DNA of 64,000 bases from Auanema rhodensis (lineage: Eukaryota; Animalia; Nematoda): the NCBI GenBank assembly GCA_964057225.1, contig CAXKVF010000076.1:62001-126000 (forward strand). The letters are read 5' to 3'. The position numbers and the translations under genes were made by a program. The notes below the pieces were generated by a model. That model was not told the origin of the DNA. It searched no databases and worked only from the letters and a program-made list of their open reading frames with translations. Positions 27,105 through 41,008 of the stretch are shown here, in pieces; the stretch's first letter is position 1, and each line of letters begins with the position of its first letter.

Positions 27105-30096
27105 TTCACGTGAAAGATAAAGAGATGCGGTTTTCAAAATTAGATTCCCCATGTCCATATTAGTCTAAAAACAAATTTTTATTGATATTGGTTCATGGTA
27201 ACCATGACTTTGAAATTTACGTGAACTTTAATTTATGCTAATTAAATGTACACGTGATGTGCACTTGGTATGTAACTCGCTTCACGTGAAAGATAAAGAG
27301 ATGCGGTTTTCAAAATTAGATTCCCCATGTCCATATTAGTCTAAAAACAAATTTTTATTGATATTGCTTCATGGTAACCATGACTTTGAAATTTACGTGA
27401 ACTTTAATTTATGCTAATTAAATGTACACGTGATGTGCACTTGGTATGTAACTCGCTTCACGTGAAAGATAAAGAGATGCGGTTTTCAAAATTAGATTCC
27501 CCATGTCCATATTAATCTAAAAACAAATTTTTATTGATATTGGTTCATGGTAACCATGACTTTGAAATTTACGTGAACTTTAATTAATGCTAATTAAATG
27601 TACGCGTGATGTGCACTTGGTATGTAACTCGCTTCACGTGAAAGATAAAAAGATGCGGTTTTCAAAATTAGATTCCCCATGTCCATATTAGTCTAAAAAC
27701 AAATTTTTATTGATATTGCTTCATGGTAACCATGACTTTGAAATTTACGTGAACTTTAATTTATGCTAATTAAATGTACACGTGATGTGCACTTGGTATG
27801 TAACTCGCTTCACGTGAAAGATAAAGAGATGCGGTTTTCAAAATTAGATTCCCCATGTCCATATTAGTCTAAAAACAAATTTTTATTGATATTGGTTCAT
27901 GGTAACCATGACTTTGAAATTTACGTGAACTTTAATTAATGCTAATTAAATGTACGCGTGATGTGCACTTGGTGTGTAACTCGCTTCACGTGAAAGATAA
28001 AGAGATGCGGTTTTCAAAATTAGATTCCCCATGTCCATATTAGTCTAAAAACAAATTTTTATTGATATTGCTTCATGGTAACCATGACTTTGAAATTTAC
28101 GTGAACTTTAATTTATGCTAATTAAATGTACACGTGATGTGCACTTGGTATGTAACTCGCTTCACGTGAAAGATAAAGAGATGCGGTTTTTAAAATTAGA
28201 TTCCCCATGTCCATATTAGTCTAAAAACAAATTTTTATTGATATTGGTTCATGGTAACCATGACTTTGAAATTTACGTGAACTTTAATTTATGCTAATTA
28301 AATGTACACGTGATGTGCACTTGGTATGTAACTCGCTTCACGTGAAAGATAAAGAGATGCGGTTTTCAAAATTAGATTCCCCATGTCCATATTAGTCTAA
28401 AAACAAATTTTTATTGATATTGCTTCATGGTAACCATGACTTTGAAATTTACGTGAACTTTAATTTATGCTAATTAAATGTACACGTGATGTGCACTTGG
28501 TATGTAACTCGCTTCACGTGAAAGATAAAGAGATGCGGTTTTCAAAATTAGATTCCCCATGTCCATATTAGTCTAAAAACAAATTTTTATTGATATTGCT
28601 TCATGGTAACCATGACTTTGAAATTTACGTGAACTTTAATTTATGCTAATTAAATGTACACGTGATGTGCACTTGGTATGTAACTCGCTTCACGTGAAAG
28701 ATAAAGAGATGCGGTTTACAAAATTAGATTCCCCATGTCCATATTAGTCTAAAAACAAATTTTTATTGATATTGGTGCATGGTAACCATGACTTTGAAAT
28801 TTACGTGAACTTTAATTTATGCTAATTAAATGTACACGTGATGTGCACTTGGTATGTAACTCGCTTCACGTGAAAGATGAAGAGATGCGGGTTTCAAAAT
28901 TAGATTCCCCATGTCCATATTAGTCTAAAAACAAATTTTTATTGATATTGGTTCATGGTAACCATGACTTTGAAATTTACGTGAACTTTAATTTATGCTA
29001 ATTAAATGTACACGTGATGTGCACTTGGTATGTAACTCGCTTCACGTGAAAGATAAAGAGATGCGGTTTTCAAAATTAGATTGCCCATGTCCATATTAGT
29101 CTAAAAACAAATTGTTATTGATATTGGTTCATGGTAACCATGACTTTGAAATTTACGTGAACTTTAATTTATGCTAATTAAATGTACACGTGATGTGCAC
29201 TTGGTATGTAACTCGCTTCACGTGAAAGATGAAGAGATGCGGTTTTCAAAATTAGATTCCCCATGTCCATATTAGTCTAAAAACAAATTTTTATTGATAT
29301 TGGTGCATGGTAACCATGACTTTGAAATTTACGTGAACTTTAATTTATGCTAATTAAATGTACACGTGATGTGCACTTGGTATGTAACTCGCTTCACGTG
29401 AAAGATAAAGAGATGCGGTTTTCAAAATTAGATTGCCCATGTCCATATTAGTCTAAAAACAAATTGTTATTGATATTGGTTCATGGTAACCATGACTTTG
29501 AAATTTACGTGAACTTTAATTTATGCTAATTAAATGTACACGTGATGTGCACTTGGTATGTAACTCGCTTCACGTGAAAGATAAAGAGATACGGTTTTCA
29601 AAATTAGATTCCCCATGTCCATATTAGTCTAAAAACAAATTTTTATTGATATTGGTGCATGGTAACCATGACTTTGAAATTTACGTGAACTTTAATTTAT
29701 ACTAATTAAATGTACACGTGATGTGCACTTGGTATGTAACTCGCTTCACGTGAAAGATAAAGAGATGCGGTTTTCAAAATTAGATTCCCCATGTCCATAT
29801 TAGTCTAAAAACGAATTTTTATTGATATTGGTGCATGGTAACCACGACTTTGAAATTTACGTGAACTTTAATTTATGCTAATTAAATGTACACGTGATGT
29901 GCACTTGGTATGTAACTCGCTTCACGTGAAAGATAAAGAGATGCGGTTTTCAAAATTAGATTCCCCATGTCCATATTAGTCTAAAAACAAATTTTTATTG
30001 ATATTGGTTCATGGTAACCATGGCTTTGAAATTTACGTGAACTTTAATTTATGCTAATTAAATGTACACGTGATGTGCACTTGGTATGTAACTCGC

Positions 30097-33000
30097 TTCA
30101 CGTGAAAGATAAAGAGATGCGGTTTTCAAAATTAGATTCCCCATGTCCATATTAGTCTAAAAACAAATTTTTATTGATATTGGTGCATGGTAACCATGAC
30201 TTTGAAATTTACGTGAACTTTAATTTATGCTAATTAAATGTACACGTGATGTGCACTTGGTATGTAACTCGCTTCACGTGAAAGATGAAGAGATGCGATT
30301 TTCAAAATTAGATTCCCCATGTCCATATTAGTCTAAAAACAAATTTTTATTGATATTGGTTCATGGTAACCATGACTTTGAAATTTACGTGAACTTTAAT
30401 TTATGCTAATTAAATGTACACGTGATGTGCACTTGGTATGTAACTCGCTTCACGTGAAAGATAAAGAGATGCGGTTTTCAAAATTAGATTCCCCATGTCC
30501 ATATTAGTCTAAAAACAAATTTTTATTGATATTGGTGCATGGTAACCGTGACTTTGAAATTTACGTGAACTTTAATTTATGCTAATTAAATGTACACGTG
30601 ATGTGCACTTGGTATGTAACTCGCTTCACGTGAAAGATAAAGAGATGCGGTTTTCAAAATTAGATTCCCCATGTCCATATTAGTCTAAAAACAAATTTTT
30701 ATTGATATTGGTGCATGGTAACCATGACTTTGAAATTTACGTGAACTTTAATTTATGCTAATTAAATGTACACGTGATGTGCATTTGGTATGTAACTCGC
30801 TTCACGTGAAAGATAAAGAGATGCGGTTTTCAAAATTAGATTCCCCATGTCCATATTAGTCTAAAAACAAATTTTTATTGATATTGGTTCATGGTAACCA
30901 TGACTTTGAAATTTACGTGAACTTTAATTTATGCTAATTGAATGTACACGTGATGTGCACTTGGTATGTAACTCGCTTCACGTGAAAGATGAAGAGATGC
31001 GGTTTTCAAAATTAGATTCCCCATTTCCATATTAGTCTAAAAACAAATTTTTATTGATATTGCTTCATGGTAACCATGACTTTGAAATTTACGTGAACTT
31101 TAATTTATGCTAATTGAATGTACACGTGATGTGCACTTGGTATGTAACTCGCTTCACGTGAAAGATAAAGAGATGCGGTTTTCAAAATTAGATTCCCCAT
31201 GTCCATATTAGTCTAAAAACAAATTTTTATTGATATTGGTGCATGGTAACCATGACTTTGAAATTTACGTGAACTTTAATTTATGCTAATTAAATGTACA
31301 CGTGATGTGCACTTGGTATGTAACTCGCTTCACGTGAAAGATGAAGAGATGCGATTTTCAAAATTAGATTCCCCATGTCCATATTAGTCTAAAAACAAAT
31401 TTTTATTGATATTGGTTCATGGTAACCATGACTTTGAAATTTACGTGAACTTTAATTTATGCTAATTAAATGTACACGTGATGTGCACTTGGTATGTAAC
31501 TCGCTTCACGTGAAAGATAAAGAGATGCGGTTTTCAAAATTAGATTCCCCATGTCCATATTAGTCTAAAAACAAATTTTTATTGATATTGGTGCATGGTA
31601 ACCATGACTTTGAAATTTACGTGAACTTTAATTTATGCTAATTAAATGTACACTTGATGTGCACTTGGTATGTAACTCGCTTCACGTGAAAGATAAAGAG
31701 ATGCGGTTTTCAAAATTAGATTCCCCATGTCCATATTAGTCTAAAAACAAATTTTTATTGATATTGGTGCATGGTAACCGTGACTTTGAAATTTACGTGA
31801 ACTTTAATTTATGCTAATTAAATGTACACGTGATGTGCACTTGGTATGTAACTCGCTTCACGTGAAAGATAAAGAGATGCGGTTTTCAAAATTAGATTCC
31901 CCATGTCCATATTAGTCTAAAAACAAATTTTTATTGATATTGGTGCATGGTAACCATGACTTTGAAATTTACGTGAACTTTAATTTATGCTAATTAAATG
32001 TACACGTGATGTGCATTTGGTATGTAACTCGCTTCACGTGAAAGATAAAGAGATGCGGTTTTCAAAATTAGATTCCCCATGTCCATATTAGTCTAAAAAC
32101 AAATTTTTATTGATATTGGTTCATGGTAACCATGACTTTGAAATTTACGTGAACTTTAATTTATGCTAATTGAATGTACACGTGATGTGCACTTGGTATG
32201 TAACTCGCTTCACGTGAAAGATGAAGAGATGCGGTTTTCAAAATTAGATTCCCCATTTCCATATTAGTCTAAAAACAAATTTTTATTGATATTGCTTCAT
32301 GGTAACCATGACTTTGAAATTTACGTGAACTTTAATTTATGCTAATTGAATGTACACGTGATGTGCACTTGGTATGTAACTCGCTTCACGTGAAAGATAA
32401 AGAGATGCGGTTTTCAAAATTAGATTCCCCATGTCCATATTAGTCTAAAAACAAATTTTTATTGATATTGGTGCATGGTAACCATGACTTTGAAATTTAC
32501 GTGAACTTTAATTTATGCTAATTAAATGTACACGTGATGTGCACTTGGTATGTAACTCGCTTCACGTGAAAGATGAAGAGATGCGATTTTCAAAATTAGA
32601 TTCCCCATGTCCATATTAGTCTAAAAACAAATTTTTATTGATATTGGTTCATGGTAACCATGACTTTGAAATTTACGTGAACTTTAATTTATGCTAATTA
32701 AATGTACACGTGATGTGCACTTGGTATGTAACTCGCTTCACGTGAAAGATAAAGAGATGCGGTTTTCAAAATTAGATTCCCCATGTCCATATTAGTCTAA
32801 AAACAAATTTTTATTGATATTGGTGCATGGTAACCATGACTTTGAAATTTACGTGAACTTTAATTTATGCTAATTAAATGTACACTTGATGTGCACTTGG
32901 TATGTAACTCGCTTCACGTGAAAGATAAAGAGATGCGGTTTTCAAAATTAGATTCCCCATGTCCATATTAGTCTAAAAACAAATTTTTATTGATATTGGT

Positions 33001-34848
33001 GCATGGTAACCGTGACTTTGAAATTTACGTGAACTTTAATTTATGCTAATTAAATGTACACGTGATGTGCACTTGGTATGTAACTCGCTTCACGTGAAAG
33101 ATAAAGAGATGCGGTTTTCAAAATTAGATTCCCCATGTCCATATTAGTCTAAAAACAAATTTTTATTGATATTGGTTCATGGTAACCATGACTTTGAAAT
33201 TTACGTGAACTTTAATTTATGCTAATTGAATGTACACGTGATGTGCACTTGGTATGTAACTCGCTTCACGTGAAAGATAAAGAGATGCGGTTTTCAAAAT
33301 TAGATTCCCCATGTCCATATTAGTCTAAAAACAAATTTTTATTGATATTGGTTCATGGTAACCATGACTTTGAAATTTACGTGAACTTTAATTTATGCTA
33401 ATTGAATGTACACGTGATGTGCACTTGGTATGTAACTCGCTTCACGTGAAAGATGAAGAGATGCGGTTTTCAAAATTAGATTCCCCATTTCCATATTAGT
33501 CTAAAAACAAATTTTTATTGATATTGCTTCATGGTAACCATGACTTTGAAATTTACGTGAACTTTAATTTATGCTAATTGAATGTACACGTGATGTGCAC
33601 TTGGTATGTAACTCGCTTCACGTGAAAGATAAAGAGATGCGGTTTTCAAAATTAGATTCCCCATGTCCATATTAGTCTAAAAACAAATTTTTATTGATAT
33701 TGGTGCATGGTAACCATGACTTTGAAATTTACGTGAACTTTAATTTATGCTAATTAAATGTACACGTGATGTGCACTTGGTATGTAACTCGCTTCACGTG
33801 AAAGATGAAGAGATGCGATTTTCAAAATTAGATTCCCCATGTCCATATTAGTCTAAAAACAAATTTTTATTGATATTGGTTCATGGTAACCATGACTTTG
33901 AAATTTACGTGAACTTTAATTTATGCTAATTAAATGTACACGTGATGTGCACTTGGTATGTAACTCGCTTCACGTGAAAGATAAAGAGATGCGGTTTTCA
34001 AAATTAGATTCCCCATGTCCATATTAGTCTAAAAACAAATTTTTATTGATATTGGTGCATGGTAACCATGACTTTGAAATTTACGTGAACTTTAATTTAT
34101 GCTAATTAAATGTACACTTGATGTGCACTTGGTATGTAACTCGCTTCACGTGAAAGATAAAGAGATGCGGTTTTCAAAATTAGATTCCCCATGTCCATAT
34201 TAGTCTAAAAACAAATTTTTATTGATATTGGTGCATGGTAACCATGACTTTGAAATTTACGTGAACTTTAATTTATGCTAATTAAATGTACACGTGATGT
34301 GCATTTGGTATGTAACTCGCTTCACGTGAAAGATAAAGAGATGCGGTTTTCAAAATTAGATTCCCCATGTCCATATTAGTCTAAAAACAAATTTTTATTG
34401 ATATTGGTTCATGGTAACCATGACTTTGAAATTTACGTGAACTTTAATTTATGCTAATTGAATGTACACGTGATGTGCACTTGGTATGTAACTCGCTTCA
34501 CGTGAAAGATAAAGAGATGCGGTTTTCAAAATTAGATTCCCCATTTCCATATTAGTCTAAAAACAAATTTTTATTGATATTGCTTCATGGTAACCATGAC
34601 TTTGAAATTTACGTGAACTTTAATTTATGCTAATTGAATGTACACGTGATGTGCACTTGGTATGTAACTCGCTTCACGTGAAAGATAAAGAGATGCGGTT
34701 TTCAAAATTAGATTCCCCATGTCCATATTAGTCTAAAAACAAATTTTTATTGATATTGGTGCATGGTAACCATGACTTTGAAATTTACGTGAACTTTAAT
34801 TTATGCTAATTAAATGTACACGTGATGTGCACTTGGTATGTAACTCGC
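30097..34848 (+). repeat. Local 7-mer (1232 bp) higher-order repeat, ~4 copies including two 6-mer variants (monomers 172-198)
   Basis: Cycle: T89G; A15G+G26A; G150T; A100G; C160T; A140G; G49T+G87C+A140G. G49T occurs in m177, 184, 191 and 197. Confidence 0.92.
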
Positions 34849-35200
34849 TTCACGTGAAAGATAAAGAGATGCGGTTTTCAAAATTAGATTCCCCATGTCC
34901 ATATTAGTCTAAAAACAAATTTTTATTGATATTGCTTCATGGTAACCATGACTTTGAAATTTACGTGAACTTTAATTTATGCTAATTAAATGTACACGTG
35001 ATGTGCACTTGGTATGTAACTCGCTTCACGTGAAAGATAAAGAGATGCGGTTTTCAAAATTAGATTCCCCATGTCCATATTAGTCTAAAAACAAATTTTT
35101 ATTGATATTGCTTCATGGTAACCATGACTTTGAAATTTACGTGAACTTTAATTTATGCTAATTAAATGTACACGTGATGTGCACTTGGTATGTAACTCGC

Positions 35201-38200
35201 TTCACGTGAAAGATAAAGAGATGCGGTTTTCAAAATTAGATTCCCCATGTCCATATTAGTCTAAAAACAAATTTTTATTGATATTGGTGCATGGTAACCA
35301 TGACTTTGAAATTTACGTGAACTTTAATTTATGCTAATTAAATGTACACGTGATGTGCACTTGGTATGTAACTCGCTTCACGTGAAAGATGAAGAGATGC
35401 GGTTTTCAAAATTAGATTCCCCATGTCCATATTAGTCTAAAAACAAATTTTTATACATATTGGTTCATGGTAACCATGACTTTGAAATTTACGTGAACTT
35501 TAATTTATGCTAATTAAATGTACACGTGATGTGCACTTGGTATGTAACTCGCTTCACGTGAAAGATAAAAAGATGCGGTTTTCAAAATTAGATTGCCCAT
35601 GTCCATATTAGTCTAAAAACAAATTGTTATTGATATTGGTTCATGGTAACCATGACTTTGAAATTTACGTGAACTTTAATTTATGCTAATTAAATGTACA
35701 CGTGATGTGCACTTGGTATGTAACTCGCTTCACGTGAAAGATGAAGAGATGCGGTTTTCAAAATTAGATTCCCCATGTCCATATTAGTCTAAAAACAAAT
35801 TTTTATTGATATTGGTTCATGGTAACCATGACTTTGAAATTTACGTGAACTTTAATTTATGCTAATTAAATGTACACGTGATGTGCACTTGGTATGTAAC
35901 TCGCTTCACGTGAAAGATAAAGAGATGCGGTTTTCAAAATTAGATTGCCCATGTCCATATTAGTCTAAAAACAAATTGTTATTGATATTGGTTCATGGTA
36001 ACCATGACTTTGAAATTTACGTGAACTTTAATTTATGCTAATTAAATGTACACGTGATGTGCACTTGGTATGTAACTCGCTTCACGTGAAAGATGAAGAG
36101 ATGCGGTTTTCAAAATTAGATTCCCCATGTCCATATTAGTCTAAAAACAAATTTTTATTGATATTGGTGCATGGTAACCATGACTTTGAAATTTACGTGA
36201 ACTTTAATTTATGCTAATTAAATGTACACGTGATGTGCACTTGGTATGTAACTCGCTTCACGTGAAAGATAAAGAGATGCGGTTTTCAAAATTAGATTGC
36301 CCATGTCCATATTAGTCTAAAAACAAATTGTTATTGATATTGGTTCATGGTAACCATGACTTTGAAATTTACGTGAACTTTAATTTATGCTAATTAAATG
36401 TACACGTGATGTGCACTTGGTATGTAACTCGCTTCACGTGAAAGATAAAGAGATACGGTTTTCAAAATTAGATTCCACATGTCCATATTAGTCTAAAAAC
36501 AAATTTTTATTGATATTGGTGCATGGTAACCGTGACTTTGAAATTTACGTGAACTTTAATTTATGCTAATTAAATGTACACGTGATGTGCACTTGGTATG
36601 TAACTCGCTTCACGTGAAAGATAAAGAGATGCGGTTTTCAAAATTAGATTCCCCATGTCCATATTAGTCTAAAAACAAATTTTTATTGATATTGGTGCAT
36701 GGTAACCATGACTTTGAAATTTACGTGAACTTTAATTTATACTAATTAAATGTACACGTGATGTGCCCTTGGTATGTAACTCGCTTCACGTGAAAGATAA
36801 AGAGATGCGGTTTTCAAAATTAGATTCCCCATGTCCATATTAGTCTAAAAACGAATTTTTATTGATATTGGTGCATGGTAACCACGACTTTGAAATTTAC
36901 GTGAACTTTAATTTATGCTAATTAAATGTACACGTGATGTGCACTTGGTATGTAACTCGCTTCACGTGAAAGATAAAGAGATGCGGTTTTCAAAATTAGA
37001 TTCCCCATGTCCATATTAGTCTAAAAACAAATTTTTATTGATATTGGTGCATGGTAACCATGACTTTGAAATTTACGTGAACTTTAATTTATGCTAATTA
37101 AATGTACACGTGATGTGCACTTGGTATGTAACTCGCTTCACGTGAAAGATGAAGAGATGCGGTTTTCAAAATTAGATTCCCCATGTCCATATTAGTCTAA
37201 AAACAAATTTTTATACATATTGGTTCATGGTAACCATGACTTTGAAATTTACGTGAACTTTAATTTATGCTAATTAAATGTACACGTGATGTGCACTTGG
37301 TATGTAACTCGCTTCACGTGAAAGATAAAAAGATGCGGTTTTCAAAATTAGATTGCCCATGTCCATATTAGTCTAAAAACAAATTGTTATTGATATTGGT
37401 TCATGGTAACCATGACTTTGAAATTTACGTGAACTTTAATTTATGCTAATTAAATGTACACGTGATGTGCACTTGGTATGTAACTCGCTTCACGTGAAAG
37501 ATGAAGAGATGCGGTTTTCAAAATTAGATTCCCCATGTCCATATTAGTCTAAAAACAAATTTTTATTGATATTGGTTCATGGTAACCATGACTTTGAAAT
37601 TTACGTGAACTTTAATTTATGCTAATTAAATGTACACGTGATGTGCACTTGGTATGTAACTCGCTTCACGTGAAAGATAAAGAGATGCGGTTTTCAAAAT
37701 TAGATTGCCCATGTCCATATTAGTCTAAAAACAAATTGTTATTGATATTGGTTCATGGTAACCATGACTTTGAAATTTACGTGAACTTTAATTTATGCTA
37801 ATTAAATGTACACGTGATGTGCACTTGGTATGTAACTCGCTTCACGTGAAAGATGAAGAGATGCGGTTTTCAAAATTAGATTCCCCATGTCCATATTAGT
37901 CTAAAAACAAATTTTTATTGATATTGGTGCATGGTAACCATGACTTTGAAATTTACGTGAACTTTAATTTATGCTAATTAAATGTACACGTGATGTGCAC
38001 TTGGTATGTAACTCGCTTCACGTGAAAGATAAAGAGATGCGGTTTTCAAAATTAGATTGCCCATGTCCATATTAGTCTAAAAACAAATTGTTATTGATAT
38101 TGGTTCATGGTAACCATGACTTTGAAATTTACGTGAACTTTAATTTATGCTAATTAAATGTACACGTGATGTGCACTTGGTATGTAACTCGCTTCACGTG

Positions 38201-38896
38201 AAAGATAAAGAGATACGGTTTTCAAAATTAGATTCCACATGTCCATATTAGTCTAAAAACAAATTTTTATTGATATTGGTGCATGGTAACCGTGACTTTG
38301 AAATTTACGTGAACTTTAATTTATGCTAATTAAATGTACACGTGATGTGCACTTGGTATGTAACTCGCTTCACGTGAAAGATAAAGAGATGCGGTTTTCA
38401 AAATTAGATTGCCCATGTCCATATTAGTCTAAAAACAAATTTTAATTGATATTGGTTCATGGTAACCATGACTTTGAAATTTACGTGAACTTTAATTTAT
38501 GCTAATTAAATGTACACGTGATGTGCACTTGGTATGTAACTCGCTTCACGTGAAAGATAAAGAGATGCGGTTTTCAAAATTAGATTCCCCATGTCCATAT
38601 TAGTCTAAAAACAAATTTTTATTGATATTGGTGCATGGTAACCATGACTTTGAAATTTACGTGAACTTTAATTTATACTAATTAAATGTACACGTGATGT
38701 GCCCTTGGTATGTAACTCGCTTCACGTGAAAGATAAAGAGATGCGGTTTTCAAAATTAGATTCCCCATGTCCATATTAGTCTAAAAACGAATTTTTATTG
38801 ATATTGGTGCATGGTAACCACGACTTTGAAATTTACGTGAACTTTAATTTATGCTAATTAAATGTACACGTGATGTGCACTTGGTATGTAACTCGC
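35201..38896 (+). repeat. 10-monomer (1760 bp) duplication, monomers 201-210 vs 211-221 (the second copy has one extra monomer, m219)
   Basis: TG79-80AC at 35455 and 37215; G18A+C43G+T74G in m203/213; G23A+C45A+A100G in m208/218. Confidence 0.92.
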
Positions 38897-41008
38897 TTCA
38901 CGTGAAAGATAAAGAGATGCGGTTTTCAAAATTAGATTCCCCATGTCCATATTAGTCTAAAAACAAATTTTTATTGATATTGGTTCATGGTAACCATGGC
39001 TTTGAAATTTACGTGAACTTTAATTTATGCTAATTAAATGTACACGTGATGTGCACTTGGTATGTAACTCGCTTCACGTGAAAGATAAAGAGATGCGGTT
39101 TTCAAAATTAGATTCCCCATGTCCATATTAGTCTAAAAACAAATTTTTATTGATATTGGTGCATGGTAACCATGACTTTGAAATTTACGTGAACTTTAAT
39201 TTATGCTAATTAAATGTACACGTGATGTGCACCTGGTATGTAACTCGATTCACGTGAAAGATGAAGAGATGCGATTTTCAAAATTAGATTCCCCATGTCC
39301 ATATTAGTCTAAAAACAAATTTTTATTGATATTGGTTCATGGTAACCATGACTTTGAAATTTACGTGAACTTTAATTTATGCTAATTAAATGTACACGTG
39401 ATGTGCACTTGGTATGTAACTCGCTTCACGTGAAAGATAAAGAGATGCGGTTTTCAAAATTAGATTCCCCATGTCCATATTAGTCTAAAAACAAATTTTT
39501 ATTGATATTGGTGCATGGTAACCATGACTTTGAAATTTACGTGAACTTTAATTTATGCTAATTAAATGTACACTTGATGTGCACTTGGTATGTAACTCGC
39601 TTCACGTGAAAAATAAAGAGATGCGGTTTTCAAAATTAGATTCCCCATGTCCATATTAGTCTAAAAACAAATTTTTATTGATATTGGTTCATGGTAACCA
39701 TGACTTTGAAATTTACGTGAACTTTAATTTATGCTAATTAAATGTACACGTGATGTGCACTTGGTATGTAACTCGCTTCACGTGAAAGATAAAGAGATGC
39801 GGTTTTCAAAATTAGATTCCCCATGTCCATATTAGTCTAAAAACAAATTTTTATTGATATTGGTGCATGGTAACCATGACTTTGAAATTTACGTGAACTT
39901 TAATTTATACTAATTAAATGTACACGTGATGTGCCCTTGGTATGTAACTCGCTTCACGTGAAAGATAAAGAGATGCGGTTTTCAAAATTAGATTCCCCAT
40001 GTCCATATTAGTCTAAAAACGAATTTTTATTGATATTGGTGCATGGTAACCACGACTTTGAAATTTACGTGAACTTTAATTTATGCTAATTAAATGTACA
40101 CGTGATGTGCACTTGGTATGTAACTCGCTTCACGTGAAAGATAAAGAGATGCGGTTTTCAAAATTAGATTCCCCATGTCCATATTAGTCTAAAAACAAAT
40201 TTTTATTGATATTGGTTCATGGTAACCATGGCTTTGAAATTTACGTGAACTTTAATTTATGCTAATTAAATGTACACGTGATGTGCACTTGGTATGTAAC
40301 TCGCTTCACGTGAAAGATAAAGAGATGCGGTTTTCAAAATTAGATTGCCCATGTCCATATTAGTCTAAAAACAAATTTTTATTGATATTGGTGCATGGTA
40401 ACCATGACTTTGAAATTTACGTGAACTTTAATTTATGCTAATTAAATGTACACGTGATGTGCACCTGGTATGTAACTCGATTCACGTGAAAGATGAAGAG
40501 ATGCGATTTTCAAAATTAGATTCCCCATGTCCATATTAGTCTAAAAACAAATTTTTATTGATATTGGTTCATGGTAACCATGACTTTGAAATTTACGTGA
40601 ACTTTAATTTATGCTAATTAAATGTACACGTGATGTGCACTTGGTATGTAACTCGCTTCACGTGAAAGATAAAGAGATGCGGTTTTCAAAATTAGATTCC
40701 CCATGTCCATATTAGTCTAAAAACAAATTTTTATTGATATTGGTGCATGGTAACCATGACTTTGAAATTTACGTGAACTTTAATTTATGCTAATTAAATG
40801 TACACTTGATGTGCACTTGGTATGTAACTCGCTTCACGTGAAAAATAAAGAGATGCGGTTTTCAAAATTAGATTCCCCATGTCCATATTAGTCTAAAAAC
40901 AAATTTTTATTGATATTGGTGCATGGTAACCATGACTTTGAAATTTACGTGAACTTTAATTTATGCTAATTAAATGTACACGTGATGTGCATTTGGTATG
41001 TAACTCGC
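38545..41008 (+). repeat. 7-monomer (1232 bp) duplication, monomers 220-226 vs 227-233
   Basis: The order G133A+A159C; A69G+T101C; A103G; T161C+C176A; A15G+G26A; G150T; G12A is repeated. Confidence 0.92.
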
